Shown piece by piece: positions 22,511-33,187 of a DNA stretch of 64,000 nt. Position 1 is the first letter of the stretch; each line of letters opens with the position of its first letter. Position numbers and translations under genes: made by a program. The stretch lies in IMG/VR virus record IMGVR_UViG_3300027759_003166, one strand, 5' to 3'. The DNA is from a virus (taxonomy: Duplodnaviria > Caudoviricetes). Under the pieces are notes generated by a model that was given only the letters and a program-made list of their open reading frames with translations, did no database searches and was not told the DNA's origin.

Positions 22511-23349
22511 AAGTATATGACTGTTTTACATTTTTCAATGAGTTAGATCTATTAGAAGTGCGTTTAAACGAACTTTATAATAGCGTAGATTATTTTGTCA
22601 TTGCTGAGGCTAATATGAGTCACAGTGGCAAACCCAAAGAATATGTATTAGAACAAAATTGGGAAAGATTTAAACCTTTCCACGATAAGATACGTTATCT
22701 TAAGATTGATGACTTTCCTGTAACCAACAATAGTTGGGTACGTGAGAAGTTTCAACGTGATGCTCTTAAGCGTGGAATCACTGATAAACAAGCAGATGAT
22801 TTGATCATAATTAGTGATCTTGACGAAATTCCACGTGGAGATATTATAGAATTGATCAAAGAAGATGAGAACAAATATGAACGTTATGTATTATGTGTTC
22901 CATTATTTAGATACAAGTTTAATTTCTTAAAATGGCATCACCCTGTGATCAATCAACAAATGATTGTAACTAGGGCTCACGTATTCACTAACCCTGAAAA
23001 AGAACGTGATTTTACTCATGCCTGGCTACCACCCGCGCCCGATGTTGTTTATCTACATCATGCTGGTTGGCACTTTAGCTACTTAGGTGATGATAAGAAT
23101 GCAGTACATAAATTACAAAACTTTGCTCATACAGAACAAAATATACCTGAAATTGTTGATGTGTTCAATATTGATCGAATGATAGAAGAAAAATGTGGAC
23201 CAAATCCTGCTGACATTGAAAAGTTTGAATACGTTCAACTTGATGATTATTTTCCTAAATGTGTAGTTGATAATCAAGAAAAATACAAAGATTTAATTAT
23301 TCCAAACGCTACTATACCAATCTTTAAATTCTATCCGGAGGACGTATAA
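22507..23349 (+). CDS. GT17 (beta-1,4-GlcNAc transferase-like) glycosyltransferase
   Basis: YDCFTFFNELDLLEVRL...E.FQR...ISDLDEIP...GWHFSY. Confidence 0.9.
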   Translation: MKVYDCFTFFNELDLLEVRLNELYNSVDYFVIAEANMSHSGKPKEYVLEQNWERFKPFHDKIRYLKIDDFPVTNNSWVREKFQRDALKRGITDKQADDLIIISDLDEIPRGDIIELIKEDENKYERYVLCVPLFRYKFNFLKWHHPVINQQMIVTRAHVFTNPEKERDFTHAWLPPAPDVVYLHHAGWHFSYLGDDKNAVHKLQNFAHTEQNIPEIVDVFNIDRMIEEKCGPNPADIEKFEYVQLDDYFPKCVVDNQEKYKDLIIPNATIPIFKFYPEDV

Positions 23350-24233
23350 TGAAAGTTTATGATATGTTTTCATTCTATAATGAATTTGAAATTTTAGAAA
23401 TAAGATTAAAAGAATTATGGGATACAGTAGATTATTTTGTATTAGTTGAGTCTAACACTACTTTTACAGGATTACCCAAGGAATACTTCTTTGAAAATAA
23501 TAAAGAAAGATTTGCTCCATATTTAGAAAAAATTCGTCATATTAAACTTGATGACTCAATTGAGGAACAACGCAGAGTATTGCCTGGGCAAATAGATGAT
23601 ACCTGGGTACGTGAAAAATATCAACGTTACATAGCTTATAAAGAGCTATCAGATGTTTCTCCTGAGGATCTTTTGATAATCAGTGATTGTGATGAAATAC
23701 CACGTGCTGACATGATTGAAATGATCAAGGAGGATGAAAACGATTATGATCGTTATATCATATATATAGCTCAATTTAATTACAAAATTAACTATATGAA
23801 AATACAACATCCTAGTAGCCATCCTGCAATTATAACTGTTAGAGGTCGTGTATTTACAAATCCTCAACAAGAAAGAGAATATTCATTCTATTGGAACCCA
23901 AAACCAAATAATACAATATCAGTACATCATGGCGGCTGGCACTTTACCTATTTTGGTAATGAAGATCATTGTTTGAACAAAATTAAAAGTTTTGCTCATA
24001 CTGAACAAAATGTTGGAAAAATTGTTGATGAATATAATATTTCATGGATGATTCGAAACAAATACGGTCATGAAGGAATTAATAGTAAGCATAACGAAAG
24101 ATTTGAGTATGTATTAGTTGATGACTATTTTCCTAAATGCATAACAGAAAATTTAGATAAGTGGGATCATATGATCATACCAGATGCGGTGTTCAGAGTT
24201 GATGACCTTTACAGAGAAAATGAAAAATATTAA
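23349..24233 (+). CDS. GT17 glycosyltransferase, paralog 2
   Basis: Same motifs (SDCDEIP, GGWHFTY). Confidence 0.9.
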   Translation: MKVYDMFSFYNEFEILEIRLKELWDTVDYFVLVESNTTFTGLPKEYFFENNKERFAPYLEKIRHIKLDDSIEEQRRVLPGQIDDTWVREKYQRYIAYKELSDVSPEDLLIISDCDEIPRADMIEMIKEDENDYDRYIIYIAQFNYKINYMKIQHPSSHPAIITVRGRVFTNPQQEREYSFYWNPKPNNTISVHHGGWHFTYFGNEDHCLNKIKSFAHTEQNVGKIVDEYNISWMIRNKYGHEGINSKHNERFEYVLVDDYFPKCITENLDKWDHMIIPDAVFRVDDLYRENEKY

Positions 24234-24975
24234 TATGACTAATTTAAGAACACCTCCAACTGCTAAACCCCATAATCCAACATCCGATCAAGAAACATCA
24301 ATTAAATTTGCTGGTGAATGGGATTCTGAACTAGCGGTTAAAATTCAAAATGCATGGTTTAGTTCAATTTCTATGGAATTCAAATTACCAGAATGGGTTC
24401 GTTATATGGATGGTGCCAGTGGAAAAAAATATAGATATTTTATTAACAACATGATTCAATCCCTGGACGATGCTAGATATTTAGAAATTGGGACCTGGGC
24501 AGGATCGACTGCATGTTCTGCTCTATATGGAAACAAGGTTAAAACAACCTGTGTTGATAATTGGGCAGAGTTCGGCGGCCCAAAAGATTTATTCTTTTCA
24601 AATATAGACAAATTAAAATCTCCAGACATTGATTTTTCTTTTATAGAAAATGATTTTAATCTTATAGATTATACATCTATAGGAAAATTTAACGTGTATA
24701 TGTATGATGGAGCTCATTCTGAAGAAAATCAATACAACGGAGTTGCTAGGGTATTACCTGCATTAGATGACACCTTCTTACTGGTTGTTGATGATTGGAA
24801 TTGGAATGCTGTTAGATCAGGAACACTTAATGCTATTAACGATAAAAATCTCAGCATAGTATGCAGTATAGAAATTCGAACAATGCAACAAGAGGTATGG
24901 TGGGCTCCTGATATTTTAGGATCCGACAGCGACTGGCATAATGGATACTTTATAGCATTAATTAAAAAAGGATAA
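24184..24975 (+). CDS. Class I SAM methyltransferase (Methyltransf_24-like)
   Basis: YLEIGTWAGST, YMYDGAH, VVDDWNW. Confidence 0.85.
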   Translation: MRCSELMTFTEKMKNINMTNLRTPPTAKPHNPTSDQETSIKFAGEWDSELAVKIQNAWFSSISMEFKLPEWVRYMDGASGKKYRYFINNMIQSLDDARYLEIGTWAGSTACSALYGNKVKTTCVDNWAEFGGPKDLFFSNIDKLKSPDIDFSFIENDFNLIDYTSIGKFNVYMYDGAHSEENQYNGVARVLPALDDTFLLVVDDWNWNAVRSGTLNAINDKNLSIVCSIEIRTMQQEVWWAPDILGSDSDWHNGYFIALIKKG

Positions 24976-24977
24976 CA

Positions 24978-25757
24978 ATGACAACATTTTCACATTCAGG
25001 AACTACAGGTGATACATTTTGTGCCTTAGTAATTCCAAAAATATTTGGCGAAGGAGAAGTATATCTCAAGTTGAATAACCTAGAACATGTAATAAACACT
25101 AAATTAGGGTGGAGCAATAAAGGAAATCGGCATGAAGGTCGTATGACTGAAAATGATTATGAAGTAATGCGTGAATTAATTTTACATCAAAAATACATTA
25201 CTAAATTTGAAATTTGGAATGGTCAAGGAATTGATTATGAATTAGAAGATGCATACGATCATTTAGAGACAGGATTCTTTCCTAGAAATTTTAGCAATCA
25301 ATATGCATTAGCTGCCGGAATAGATCCTAAGAAGCATGAAAAAGAATTACAAATGCTTCCGTGGTTGGAGTGCCGAGAGCCCCGTAAATTTCCTGGAAGA
25401 CCTATTGTTATACATCGTAGTCCTAATTACCAAGAAGGTAATCCAGTAGATAGCCCACATTGGAGAAAAATTATAGATCGAGGTTTAGCAGATCAAGCGG
25501 TATTTGTAGGCGCTGATAGCGATCACGATTACTTTGAAAATCTTTACAAAATACGTGTACCTTATTATAGAACTCCAGACTGGATGGAATTAGCCCGTGT
25601 AATACAAGGTAGTGAACTTATGATTACTAGCATGGGAGGTCCAAGTGCTTTATGTTTATGTCTTGGAAAAACAATGATGCTAGAACCTCGCAAAAATGAA
25701 CCACACGAAAGATTAGAAATCAACTATCCTCTCAGAGTTAATATACAATATTTTTAA
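24978..25757 (+). CDS. GT-B/GT9-like hypothetical protein
   Basis: FSHSGTTGD, VFVG, ARVIQGSELMI pattern. Confidence 0.55.
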   Translation: MTTFSHSGTTGDTFCALVIPKIFGEGEVYLKLNNLEHVINTKLGWSNKGNRHEGRMTENDYEVMRELILHQKYITKFEIWNGQGIDYELEDAYDHLETGFFPRNFSNQYALAAGIDPKKHEKELQMLPWLECREPRKFPGRPIVIHRSPNYQEGNPVDSPHWRKIIDRGLADQAVFVGADSDHDYFENLYKIRVPYYRTPDWMELARVIQGSELMITSMGGPSALCLCLGKTMMLEPRKNEPHERLEINYPLRVNIQYF

Positions 25758-25767
25758 AAGGTAAATT

Positions 25768-26433
25768 ATGACAATAGAAATTAAATGGACAGGTGATTTA
25801 AATTCTCCAGATGGAGAAAAATTAATCGATGCCTTTAAACAAGCATATAGAATGAATCATAAATTATCTGATTTTGTATTGAATATGCGTGGAATGAGCG
25901 GTAAAAAATATAGAGTATTAATTAACACATTGATTGAAAACACGTCTGATGTTAGATATTTAGAAATAGGATCTTATAAAGGATCAACCGCTTGTGCAGC
26001 AATCTATGGCAATGATGCAAAATTATCTTGTATTGATACATTCATATGGAGCTCTAGTCAAGAGCTAAAAGATAACATTGCTCTGGCTTCAACTAAAAAT
26101 GTAGATTTTAAATTATTTGAGCAAGATTTTAGAACCATTGACTATTCTAACATTGGAAAATATAATGTATATATGTACGACGGCCCTCACGATGAGAGAG
26201 ATCAGTTTGACGGAATTTTAATTGCACAACCAGCTTTGGAAGATAAATTTTTATTAATAGTTGATGATTGGAATGGGTCTCACGTGCAGAACGGTACAAT
26301 AAATGCCATGAAATATCTAGGGTTAAATGTGTTAGCAAGCGTGGAGATTTTTTCACCCAACGAACCAATCACAGATGAAAAAAGTGATTGGCATTTTGGA
26401 TATTTCATAGGTTACGTTGAAAAATCTCAGTAA
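25768..26433 (+). CDS. Class I SAM methyltransferase, paralog of 24184
   Basis: YLEIGSYKGST, YMYDGPH, IVDDWN. Confidence 0.85.
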   Translation: MTIEIKWTGDLNSPDGEKLIDAFKQAYRMNHKLSDFVLNMRGMSGKKYRVLINTLIENTSDVRYLEIGSYKGSTACAAIYGNDAKLSCIDTFIWSSSQELKDNIALASTKNVDFKLFEQDFRTIDYSNIGKYNVYMYDGPHDERDQFDGILIAQPALEDKFLLIVDDWNGSHVQNGTINAMKYLGLNVLASVEIFSPNEPITDEKSDWHFGYFIGYVEKSQ

Positions 26434-26456
26434 CCAATTCATTAAACTTTTACAGA

Positions 26457-27176
26457 ATGAAAATAGCAATAATAATATGTGGACAGCCTAGGTTTACTGA
26501 TGATTTTAAAAACACCTTAACTAATCTTAAAGGTTATACTCATGCCGATTGGTTTTGTTATTTCACAGGCAACAATCAAGGAATCCCATCTAATAAACTT
26601 CCTTCAGAGTTTTGGAGAGAAATTACTGATACAAAATTAGCAGCAAATACTCTTCAATCTATGTTACCACCGACTAATTTTATTAGATCATTTGAATTGT
26701 CTGATAGTGACTATATTGAACTACCAAAAGAACCTCTAGAAGTTCCTACGCCTGCTTATAAAATGTGGTATAATTTATTTCAAGTTAATCAACTTCGACT
26801 TAACTATGAAAAACAAAATAACATTATATACGATATGGTTGTACGCATACGTCCTGATGCAGGGTTAGTAGATGAAGTAGATCTAAATAATCTAATGGAA
26901 CATATTAATCACTCGGTAATAACTCCTATAAACAAAATTGCAGGACACCTTAACCTTAGTCCCGACTCTCCTCAAATGTGTGATTGTCTTGCTATTGCTT
27001 CTCCAGAAAATATGAATATATATTGTGATATGATTCACGACGCTCATAACAATTTCTTTACTCAAACTAGGTATACTTGGCATACAGAAAGTGCTCATGC
27101 ATTACATTTAAAAAATCATAATGTTACTATAACACCGTGTAATTTTAAAATATCAATACGCGGTGATGCTAATTAA
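26457..27176 (+). CDS. Hypothetical glycosyltransferase-associated protein
   Basis: MKIAIIICGQPR...YDMVVRIRPD. Confidence 0.65.
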   Translation: MKIAIIICGQPRFTDDFKNTLTNLKGYTHADWFCYFTGNNQGIPSNKLPSEFWREITDTKLAANTLQSMLPPTNFIRSFELSDSDYIELPKEPLEVPTPAYKMWYNLFQVNQLRLNYEKQNNIIYDMVVRIRPDAGLVDEVDLNNLMEHINHSVITPINKIAGHLNLSPDSPQMCDCLAIASPENMNIYCDMIHDAHNNFFTQTRYTWHTESAHALHLKNHNVTITPCNFKISIRGDAN

Positions 27177-27219
27177 GCATCCAATAAATATTCAGATTAT
27201 TAAATAGAAAGACAATAAA

Positions 27220-27846
27220 ATGCCAAATACAATATACATTGATAGTACATACTGCCCTACAGATTTATGTCTTATTGGATCAGACTGTAATACCGATAAG
27301 GCTCCCTACTCTTTAAACAGTGTTTGTTCAAAAGCACGAAAGGGATATACCGCAGTTTACGAGCTATTATTTTCATCTATGCGAAACAAAGAAATTAATT
27401 TTTGTGAGATAGGAATAGAGGCTGGCGCATCAGTTCAGATGTGGGAACAATATTTCTCTAAGGCTAATTTATTTGCATTTGAATATGATGAGAATAAAAT
27501 TGAATTATGTAAAAAATTAGCACCTAACACTAATTTTTTAAAAACTGATGTATCAAATGAACAAATCTTACATCAAACATTTAAAGATACAGATAAAATG
27601 TTTGACATAATTATTGATGATTCAAATCACCATCAACCGGATCAACTTAAAATAATAAAAGTATCTGTTGATTATTTAAAGCCTGGTGGTATACTAATTA
27701 TTGAAGATATTTACAGAGAGTATACAGAAGATATTTTTGATTCAGTTATTGGTGATGAGTGGGCATTTAAAGCATTTATTATTTGTGATCATCAAAACAG
27801 AAGCGGGCATGACAATGATAAAATATGGGTAGGTATTAAAAAATGA
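27220..27846 (+). CDS. SAM methyltransferase
   Basis: CEIGIEAGAS, DIIIDDSNH, LKPGGILIIED. Confidence 0.85.
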   Translation: MPNTIYIDSTYCPTDLCLIGSDCNTDKAPYSLNSVCSKARKGYTAVYELLFSSMRNKEINFCEIGIEAGASVQMWEQYFSKANLFAFEYDENKIELCKKLAPNTNFLKTDVSNEQILHQTFKDTDKMFDIIIDDSNHHQPDQLKIIKVSVDYLKPGGILIIEDIYREYTEDIFDSVIGDEWAFKAFIICDHQNRSGHDNDKIWVGIKK

Positions 27847-28610
27847 AAGTAGCATTGGTAACTGGGGGACTTCCTAGATTCACAGTTGACTTTGTAAAGT
27901 TAATGAATCAATTAAAAGGATTTGACTCTGCTGATATTTACATGACATTATGGTCCACTGACTGGGCGATATCAGCAGAAGAGGCCAGGGCTAAAATAGA
28001 AAAAATATTACCACCTCAATATAATCTAGCTAAAATAACCATCGTTGATCAACCAGAATATGAACTACCACCTCATTCTACAAATTTGTCACCACCAGTT
28101 GATTCAAAATATATAACATGGTGGTATAAGCGTTTATATCTAGGATCTCTTGGACTTTCCTGGGCACATGATCTTATAGATAAAGAATACGACGCTGTTG
28201 TTGTATTTAGATTAGATGTTTCTGCAGATAGGGAGATTGATCTAAGTACCTATGATTTTTCAAATAAACAATTAATATGTTCTAACAATGGACATTCTGG
28301 ATTTCCAGATTATAAAATCAATGATCAATTAGTGTTTGGTTCTCAGGAATCTATAAAACTTTTATGTGACATGGGAAAAAATGTTAAAGAATTAGTTCCT
28401 TTATCTGATCCACAGTGGTCAAAAACAGATATAATAGATGGATCTGTATGGACCTGGAGCAGAGAGTGTTTAATAGGGTATTACATGAAACAAGTTGATG
28501 TACCGTTGATATATGGTAATTTTAATGTAGTAATGAACTCTCAAGGTAGATCACGATTTACGGATAAACATTTTCATCATCCTGTTTCAATAGATCCTAC
28601 AGAAATTTAA
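27843..28610 (+). CDS. Hypothetical glycosyltransferase-associated protein
   Basis: MKVALVTGGLPRF...YDAVVVFRLD. Confidence 0.65.
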   Translation: MKVALVTGGLPRFTVDFVKLMNQLKGFDSADIYMTLWSTDWAISAEEARAKIEKILPPQYNLAKITIVDQPEYELPPHSTNLSPPVDSKYITWWYKRLYLGSLGLSWAHDLIDKEYDAVVVFRLDVSADREIDLSTYDFSNKQLICSNNGHSGFPDYKINDQLVFGSQESIKLLCDMGKNVKELVPLSDPQWSKTDIIDGSVWTWSRECLIGYYMKQVDVPLIYGNFNVVMNSQGRSRFTDKHFHHPVSIDPTEI

Positions 28611-28615
28611 AAATT

Positions 28616-29338
28616 ATGAATATATTAATACCTATGGCAGGATTAGGGTCGAGATTTTTGACCAAAGGTTTTCATCAACCTAAACCATTAATTGATGTAA
28701 ACGGTACTCCTATGATTATAAGAGCAATAGAAAGTCTTGGTATCGATAATGCCAGATACTTATTTGTTATATCAAAAAATGAATATTCAGAAAGTGTTAA
28801 AAAAGAAATTTCAAAATATGTAAATTGTAATTTCATTGAAATTAATTATATTACAGAAGGACCTGCCTGTTCTGCATTATTGTTCAAAGATCAAATTAAC
28901 AACGATGATGAATTAATTATTGCCAACTGTGATCAAATTATGGAATGGAGTGCAGATTTATTTTTATTAAATGTTCGGCAATACGATGGTGCAGTAGTAA
29001 CCTATCACGAAACAACTGATAAAAATAGTTATGCTAAGGTTAATAAACAAGGTCAGGTTATAGAGATACAAGAAAAAAATGTAATAAGTAATATATCATT
29101 AAACGGAATACATTATTGGAAAAATGGTAGCTACTTTGTTGATAGCGCTCAAGAAATGATCGATGATGATTATAGGGCTCCTAATGGAGAATTCTATGTT
29201 GGACCATCGTACAATTATATGATTAAAAACAGATTAACAGTAGGTATATATCATATACCTAATCAGATGCATCACCCAGTGGGTGTACCAGACGATTTAG
29301 AAAAATTTATTAAATATGAAAATTCAAAAATTAGATAA
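28616..29338 (+). CDS. Sugar nucleotidyltransferase
   Basis: IPMAGLGSRF...PKPLI, TEGPACS, IANCDQ. Confidence 0.9.
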   Translation: MNILIPMAGLGSRFLTKGFHQPKPLIDVNGTPMIIRAIESLGIDNARYLFVISKNEYSESVKKEISKYVNCNFIEINYITEGPACSALLFKDQINNDDELIIANCDQIMEWSADLFLLNVRQYDGAVVTYHETTDKNSYAKVNKQGQVIEIQEKNVISNISLNGIHYWKNGSYFVDSAQEMIDDDYRAPNGEFYVGPSYNYMIKNRLTVGIYHIPNQMHHPVGVPDDLEKFIKYENSKIR

Positions 29339-29639
29339 CATGTGGAGAGGATGGTTTATTGGCAACTTTGAACCAACTGTATTAAAAACTAAAGACTTTG
29401 AAGTAGGTATATTAACACACAAGAAAGATGAAGTATGGCCAGAACATTATCATGCCATTGCTACAGAATATAATGTATTAATAAGCGGGCACATGACAGT
29501 ATGTGGAGAAGAACTACATTCTGGAGATATTTTTATTATAGAACCCAACGAAATAGCAAGACCTGTGTTCCATGAAGATTGTATAATAGTATGTGTAAAA
29601 ACACCAAGTGTACCAAAGGATAAGTATGAAGTTTTTTAG
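29316..29639 (+). CDS. Cupin-fold protein
   Basis: GWFIGNFEP, HYHAIATEYN. Confidence 0.75.
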   Translation: MKIQKLDNMWRGWFIGNFEPTVLKTKDFEVGILTHKKDEVWPEHYHAIATEYNVLISGHMTVCGEELHSGDIFIIEPNEIARPVFHEDCIIVCVKTPSVPKDKYEVF

Positions 29640-30819
29640 AAACAGAGAAGAAATAGATATAAACAAATACTTCATAGCAACATATGTTATGAAATCGTCA
29701 ACTTCACTTAAAGATGCTGCGTGGAATCTTGCTATAGGTCAAAGTGTAGGAAATCCTAGTGTTCGTAATGAATGGGAAACTGATGACTTATTTGAAAATC
29801 ACAGTTGTATCATTTTAGGTGATGAAAGCTATATGTCCACACAGATCTCGGGTATTGTAGAAATTGCATTTCCTGTAGCAAACATTGATTGGGATACAGA
29901 CGGAATTAGTCAACTTCTTTGCCACCTGATGGGAGGACAAGTTGATATTGATATTATTAAAAAATGTCGTTTGATAAAACTTGAATTGCCAAACAATGTT
30001 ACTCAGCATTTTTTAGGTCCTAAATTTGGAATTACAGGTTTTAGACAATTCACAGGACAATACAATAAACCATTATTTGGTGGTATCATTAAACCAAAGA
30101 TTGGAGTTTCTCCAGAAGTATTGCTAGAAATGGTTAAGCAAATGGTCGATGGTGGAGTTGATTTTATTAAAGAAGATGAAATCATGAGCAATCCCGTATG
30201 TGCTCCATTGGAACATAGGGTAGACATGATTGCTAACTATCTAGCCAAACAAAGTCGTAAAGTTGTATTCTGTCACACCATTAATGCAGATCCACATATT
30301 ATTATAGACCGTGTTAAGCGTGTACATGAGTTAGGTGGTAATGGAGTTCACGTTAATGTGTTTAGTGGAATTGGTGTGTATAATAGTATTCGCAAATTAG
30401 ATCTACCTTTATATCTACATTATCAAAGTAGCGGAGCGAAATTACTAACTGATGTAAATCACAGGTTTAGTATTAGTTGGCCAGTAATGTGCCAGTTAGC
30501 AACACTAATGGGTGTTGATACTATACAAACTGGCATGGTTGGAGGATATAGTAATGATGATCCAGTGGAGATTAAAGAATGTTTAGAAATATTAAGAGCA
30601 GGTAATACTGTGCCTGCACTTAGTTGTGGAATGCATCCCGGATTAGTTAATAAGGTCACCGAACTTGCAGGGTTAGATTATTTGGCCAATGCAGGTGGAG
30701 CAGTTCATGGTCACCCTGGCGGTACAGTTGCAGGTGCGCGAGCCATGAGACAAGCAATAGATAAAACGCATAATACAGAATATGATCAAGCAATTAACAA
30801 ATGGGGATTAATAATATGA
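29626..30819 (+). CDS. RuBisCO-like protein (form IV; start refined to 29626)
   Basis: GGIIKPKIG, GVDFIKEDE, PALSCG, AGGAVHGHPGG; residues equivalent to R295, H327 and K334 are absent. Confidence 0.9.
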   Translation: MKFFRNREEIDINKYFIATYVMKSSTSLKDAAWNLAIGQSVGNPSVRNEWETDDLFENHSCIILGDESYMSTQISGIVEIAFPVANIDWDTDGISQLLCHLMGGQVDIDIIKKCRLIKLELPNNVTQHFLGPKFGITGFRQFTGQYNKPLFGGIIKPKIGVSPEVLLEMVKQMVDGGVDFIKEDEIMSNPVCAPLEHRVDMIANYLAKQSRKVVFCHTINADPHIIIDRVKRVHELGGNGVHVNVFSGIGVYNSIRKLDLPLYLHYQSSGAKLLTDVNHRFSISWPVMCQLATLMGVDTIQTGMVGGYSNDDPVEIKECLEILRAGNTVPALSCGMHPGLVNKVTELAGLDYLANAGGAVHGHPGGTVAGARAMRQAIDKTHNTEYDQAINKWGLII

Positions 30820-31661
30820 GAATTATTGATAATTTCTTATTTCATAATGAGTTTGATCTTTTAGAGATTCGATTAAGTACACATTATGATTATGTGGATC
30901 AATTTACCATTGTAGAATGCAATCATACATTCACTGGTATACATAAAGGATTTAATCTAATTGAACAAAAAGAAAGATATGCTCCTTGGTGGGATAAGGT
31001 TAACTTAGTACAACCGGATAAGCCGCCTCACAATGATTCCTGGAATGCAGAACATTGGATGCGTAATCATTTCCAAACACAATGGGACAACTTAACCAAA
31101 GATGATGTTGTTATTATTGCTGACTTAGATGAAATAATTCGACCAGAAGCATTACAATTTATTAGAGAAACGGATTATGATTTTTATAAATTAGGAATGC
31201 CATTCTTTAATTTAAAATTTAATTATCTAAATTTAGTTCCTCATAATCCGTGGCCATCCGTTAAAGCATTTCGAGGATACTATGTTGAAGGAATGGATGG
31301 TATGAGAAATGTACATAGTGTTCCAGGAGGACGGCAAGTAGATCTACATCACTCAGGATGGCATTTTAGTTACCTCGGAGATGAAGAATATTGCAGGAAT
31401 AAATTACGCAGTTTTTCTCATAGTGAATGGAATCTTCCACATATTACTGATAATTTTAATGTTTCAAAAGCTATAGAAAATGGCCAAGATATTTTAGCAA
31501 GGCCTGGTTTTGTTTTTTGTCCAGTTAAACTTGATAATTATTTTCCAAAATATATTATTGATAATAAAGAAAAATTCAAAAATTACATATTACAAGATGG
31601 TGAAAAATCTGTATTAGACCATATACCCGGAAACGTACCGCAAGTATTATCCGTATTTTAA
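30816..31661 (+). CDS. GT17 glycosyltransferase, paralog 3
   Basis: FHNEFDLLEIRL, IADLDEI, GWHFSY. Confidence 0.85.
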   Translation: MRIIDNFLFHNEFDLLEIRLSTHYDYVDQFTIVECNHTFTGIHKGFNLIEQKERYAPWWDKVNLVQPDKPPHNDSWNAEHWMRNHFQTQWDNLTKDDVVIIADLDEIIRPEALQFIRETDYDFYKLGMPFFNLKFNYLNLVPHNPWPSVKAFRGYYVEGMDGMRNVHSVPGGRQVDLHHSGWHFSYLGDEEYCRNKLRSFSHSEWNLPHITDNFNVSKAIENGQDILARPGFVFCPVKLDNYFPKYIIDNKEKFKNYILQDGEKSVLDHIPGNVPQVLSVF

Positions 31662-31683
31662 AAATTTATAAAGGAAAATAATA

Positions 31684-32295
31684 ATGCAATGGGAACAAGA
31701 TTTAATTAGAGATATTCGTACAGGTACTGATTATGATAACAAAGATGGCGATGGTGGAATACCACATCCCGATATGAGTCGGTGGCCTTGGAGAGAAGTT
31801 ACCGAAGATAACAGAGTTGCCTTTACTGAAAGATTTTTAAAAGTTCGAGATAATTGCCAATCTGTACTTGAAATAGGAGTTTGTAATAATCTTGATGAAT
31901 CAATAACGTATAGATTTTTAGAAAATAAAAAACCAGAAACAATTTATTTTGGCATTGATATTCTAGACAAATCTTTCTTAAATGATACTACAAAAAATAT
32001 ATATACAATTCAGGGCTCTAGTAGTCAAGTAGAAGAAAATATAGAAAAAATGAAATCACTAGGTGTTAAAGAATTTGGTTTTATTTTTATTGATGGGTGG
32101 CATAGTATTAATCAATGTTTAATTGATTGGGAATATACTAAATTATTAGCACCTAACGGTATTGTAGGATTTCATGATACTTCTGTACATCCAGGGCCTT
32201 ACCATTTTATAAAGGCATTAAACAAAGATATATGGGAAGTAGAAGAAAATGTATGTACCAGCGACTGGGGTATAGGATTTGCTCGCAAAAAATAA
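31684..32295 (+). CDS. SAM methyltransferase-like protein
   Basis: VLEIGV, IFIDGWHS, GIVGFHDT. Confidence 0.75.
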   Translation: MQWEQDLIRDIRTGTDYDNKDGDGGIPHPDMSRWPWREVTEDNRVAFTERFLKVRDNCQSVLEIGVCNNLDESITYRFLENKKPETIYFGIDILDKSFLNDTTKNIYTIQGSSSQVEENIEKMKSLGVKEFGFIFIDGWHSINQCLIDWEYTKLLAPNGIVGFHDTSVHPGPYHFIKALNKDIWEVEENVCTSDWGIGFARKK

Positions 32296-32308
32296 TATTA
32301 GATAATCT

Positions 32309-33187
32309 ATGAATATTTTATTATTAGGAGATTCACATACCGATATACTTGTTGGAACCATCCCTAACAGATTTGAAATGGGACAATGCCACTCATCGGT
32401 ATTTACATTGCATAGATTTATGAATCAAGATGATTTAGATCTTTGGTCTAATCTTGAACCATGGTTGCAGAAAAATTCTAACAATAAATCTTCATTAATT
32501 ATCACAGGTGGAGAAATTGATGTAAGAGCACATTTCTGGAGACATATTCCTAGATTATATACTGAACCTAAAGACATAATAAATTATATCTCAAATAAAG
32601 CATTAAAATTTTATCAGGCGTTATGTTTGATACAAGAAAAATATCAATTAGAAAAAATTGTTATTTGGGGTGCACCTGTTGCTGGTGAACGTGCTGACTA
32701 TAATTATCACGTTCCTTTTGTTGGATCTTCACAAACTAGAAATATATTAATACATTTATGGAATAAATCTTTATTAGAATGTATTAATAATGATTCTAAG
32801 ATTTCTTTTGCAACTGCATATTATAATTTTATTGATACTATTAATTATAACACAACCCCAAACCCTTCGCCAGATGGCGTACATTGGGATTATGGGCATG
32901 GATCATTTGGTCCAATGTGTTGTAATCAATTAATATTCCCTGCATTAAATGGTGGGTCAATGTTAGATGATAATTTTAATATTATGAAAGATGATCAATT
33001 TGGAATTACAGAATCATTTTCAAATGGTATTCAAAAATATGACACCTGGGCACGTACTGACCAACTTACTAGCAATATAGATGAAAGGACAGTTTTAATT
33101 AATAATACTTCGTATTCATGGATAAAAGCTGACCAGCGATCATTATTGCCAGAACAATATAAAGAACTCACAATACAAAAAATATGA
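32309..33187 (+). CDS. SGNH/GDSL-like hypothetical protein
   Basis: LLGDSH, GGEID.R, DGVH. Confidence 0.6.
   Translation: MNILLLGDSHTDILVGTIPNRFEMGQCHSSVFTLHRFMNQDDLDLWSNLEPWLQKNSNNKSSLIITGGEIDVRAHFWRHIPRLYTEPKDIINYISNKALKFYQALCLIQEKYQLEKIVIWGAPVAGERADYNYHVPFVGSSQTRNILIHLWNKSLLECINNDSKISFATAYYNFIDTINYNTTPNPSPDGVHWDYGHGSFGPMCCNQLIFPALNGGSMLDDNFNIMKDDQFGITESFSNGIQKYDTWARTDQLTSNIDERTVLINNTSYSWIKADQRSLLPEQYKELTIQKI

Noticed and set aside
29626-30819. Bona fide CO2-fixing RuBisCO
   Set aside because: It lacks equivalents of K334, R295 and H327, has KEDE for KDDE, is short, and has no small subunit or PRK nearby.
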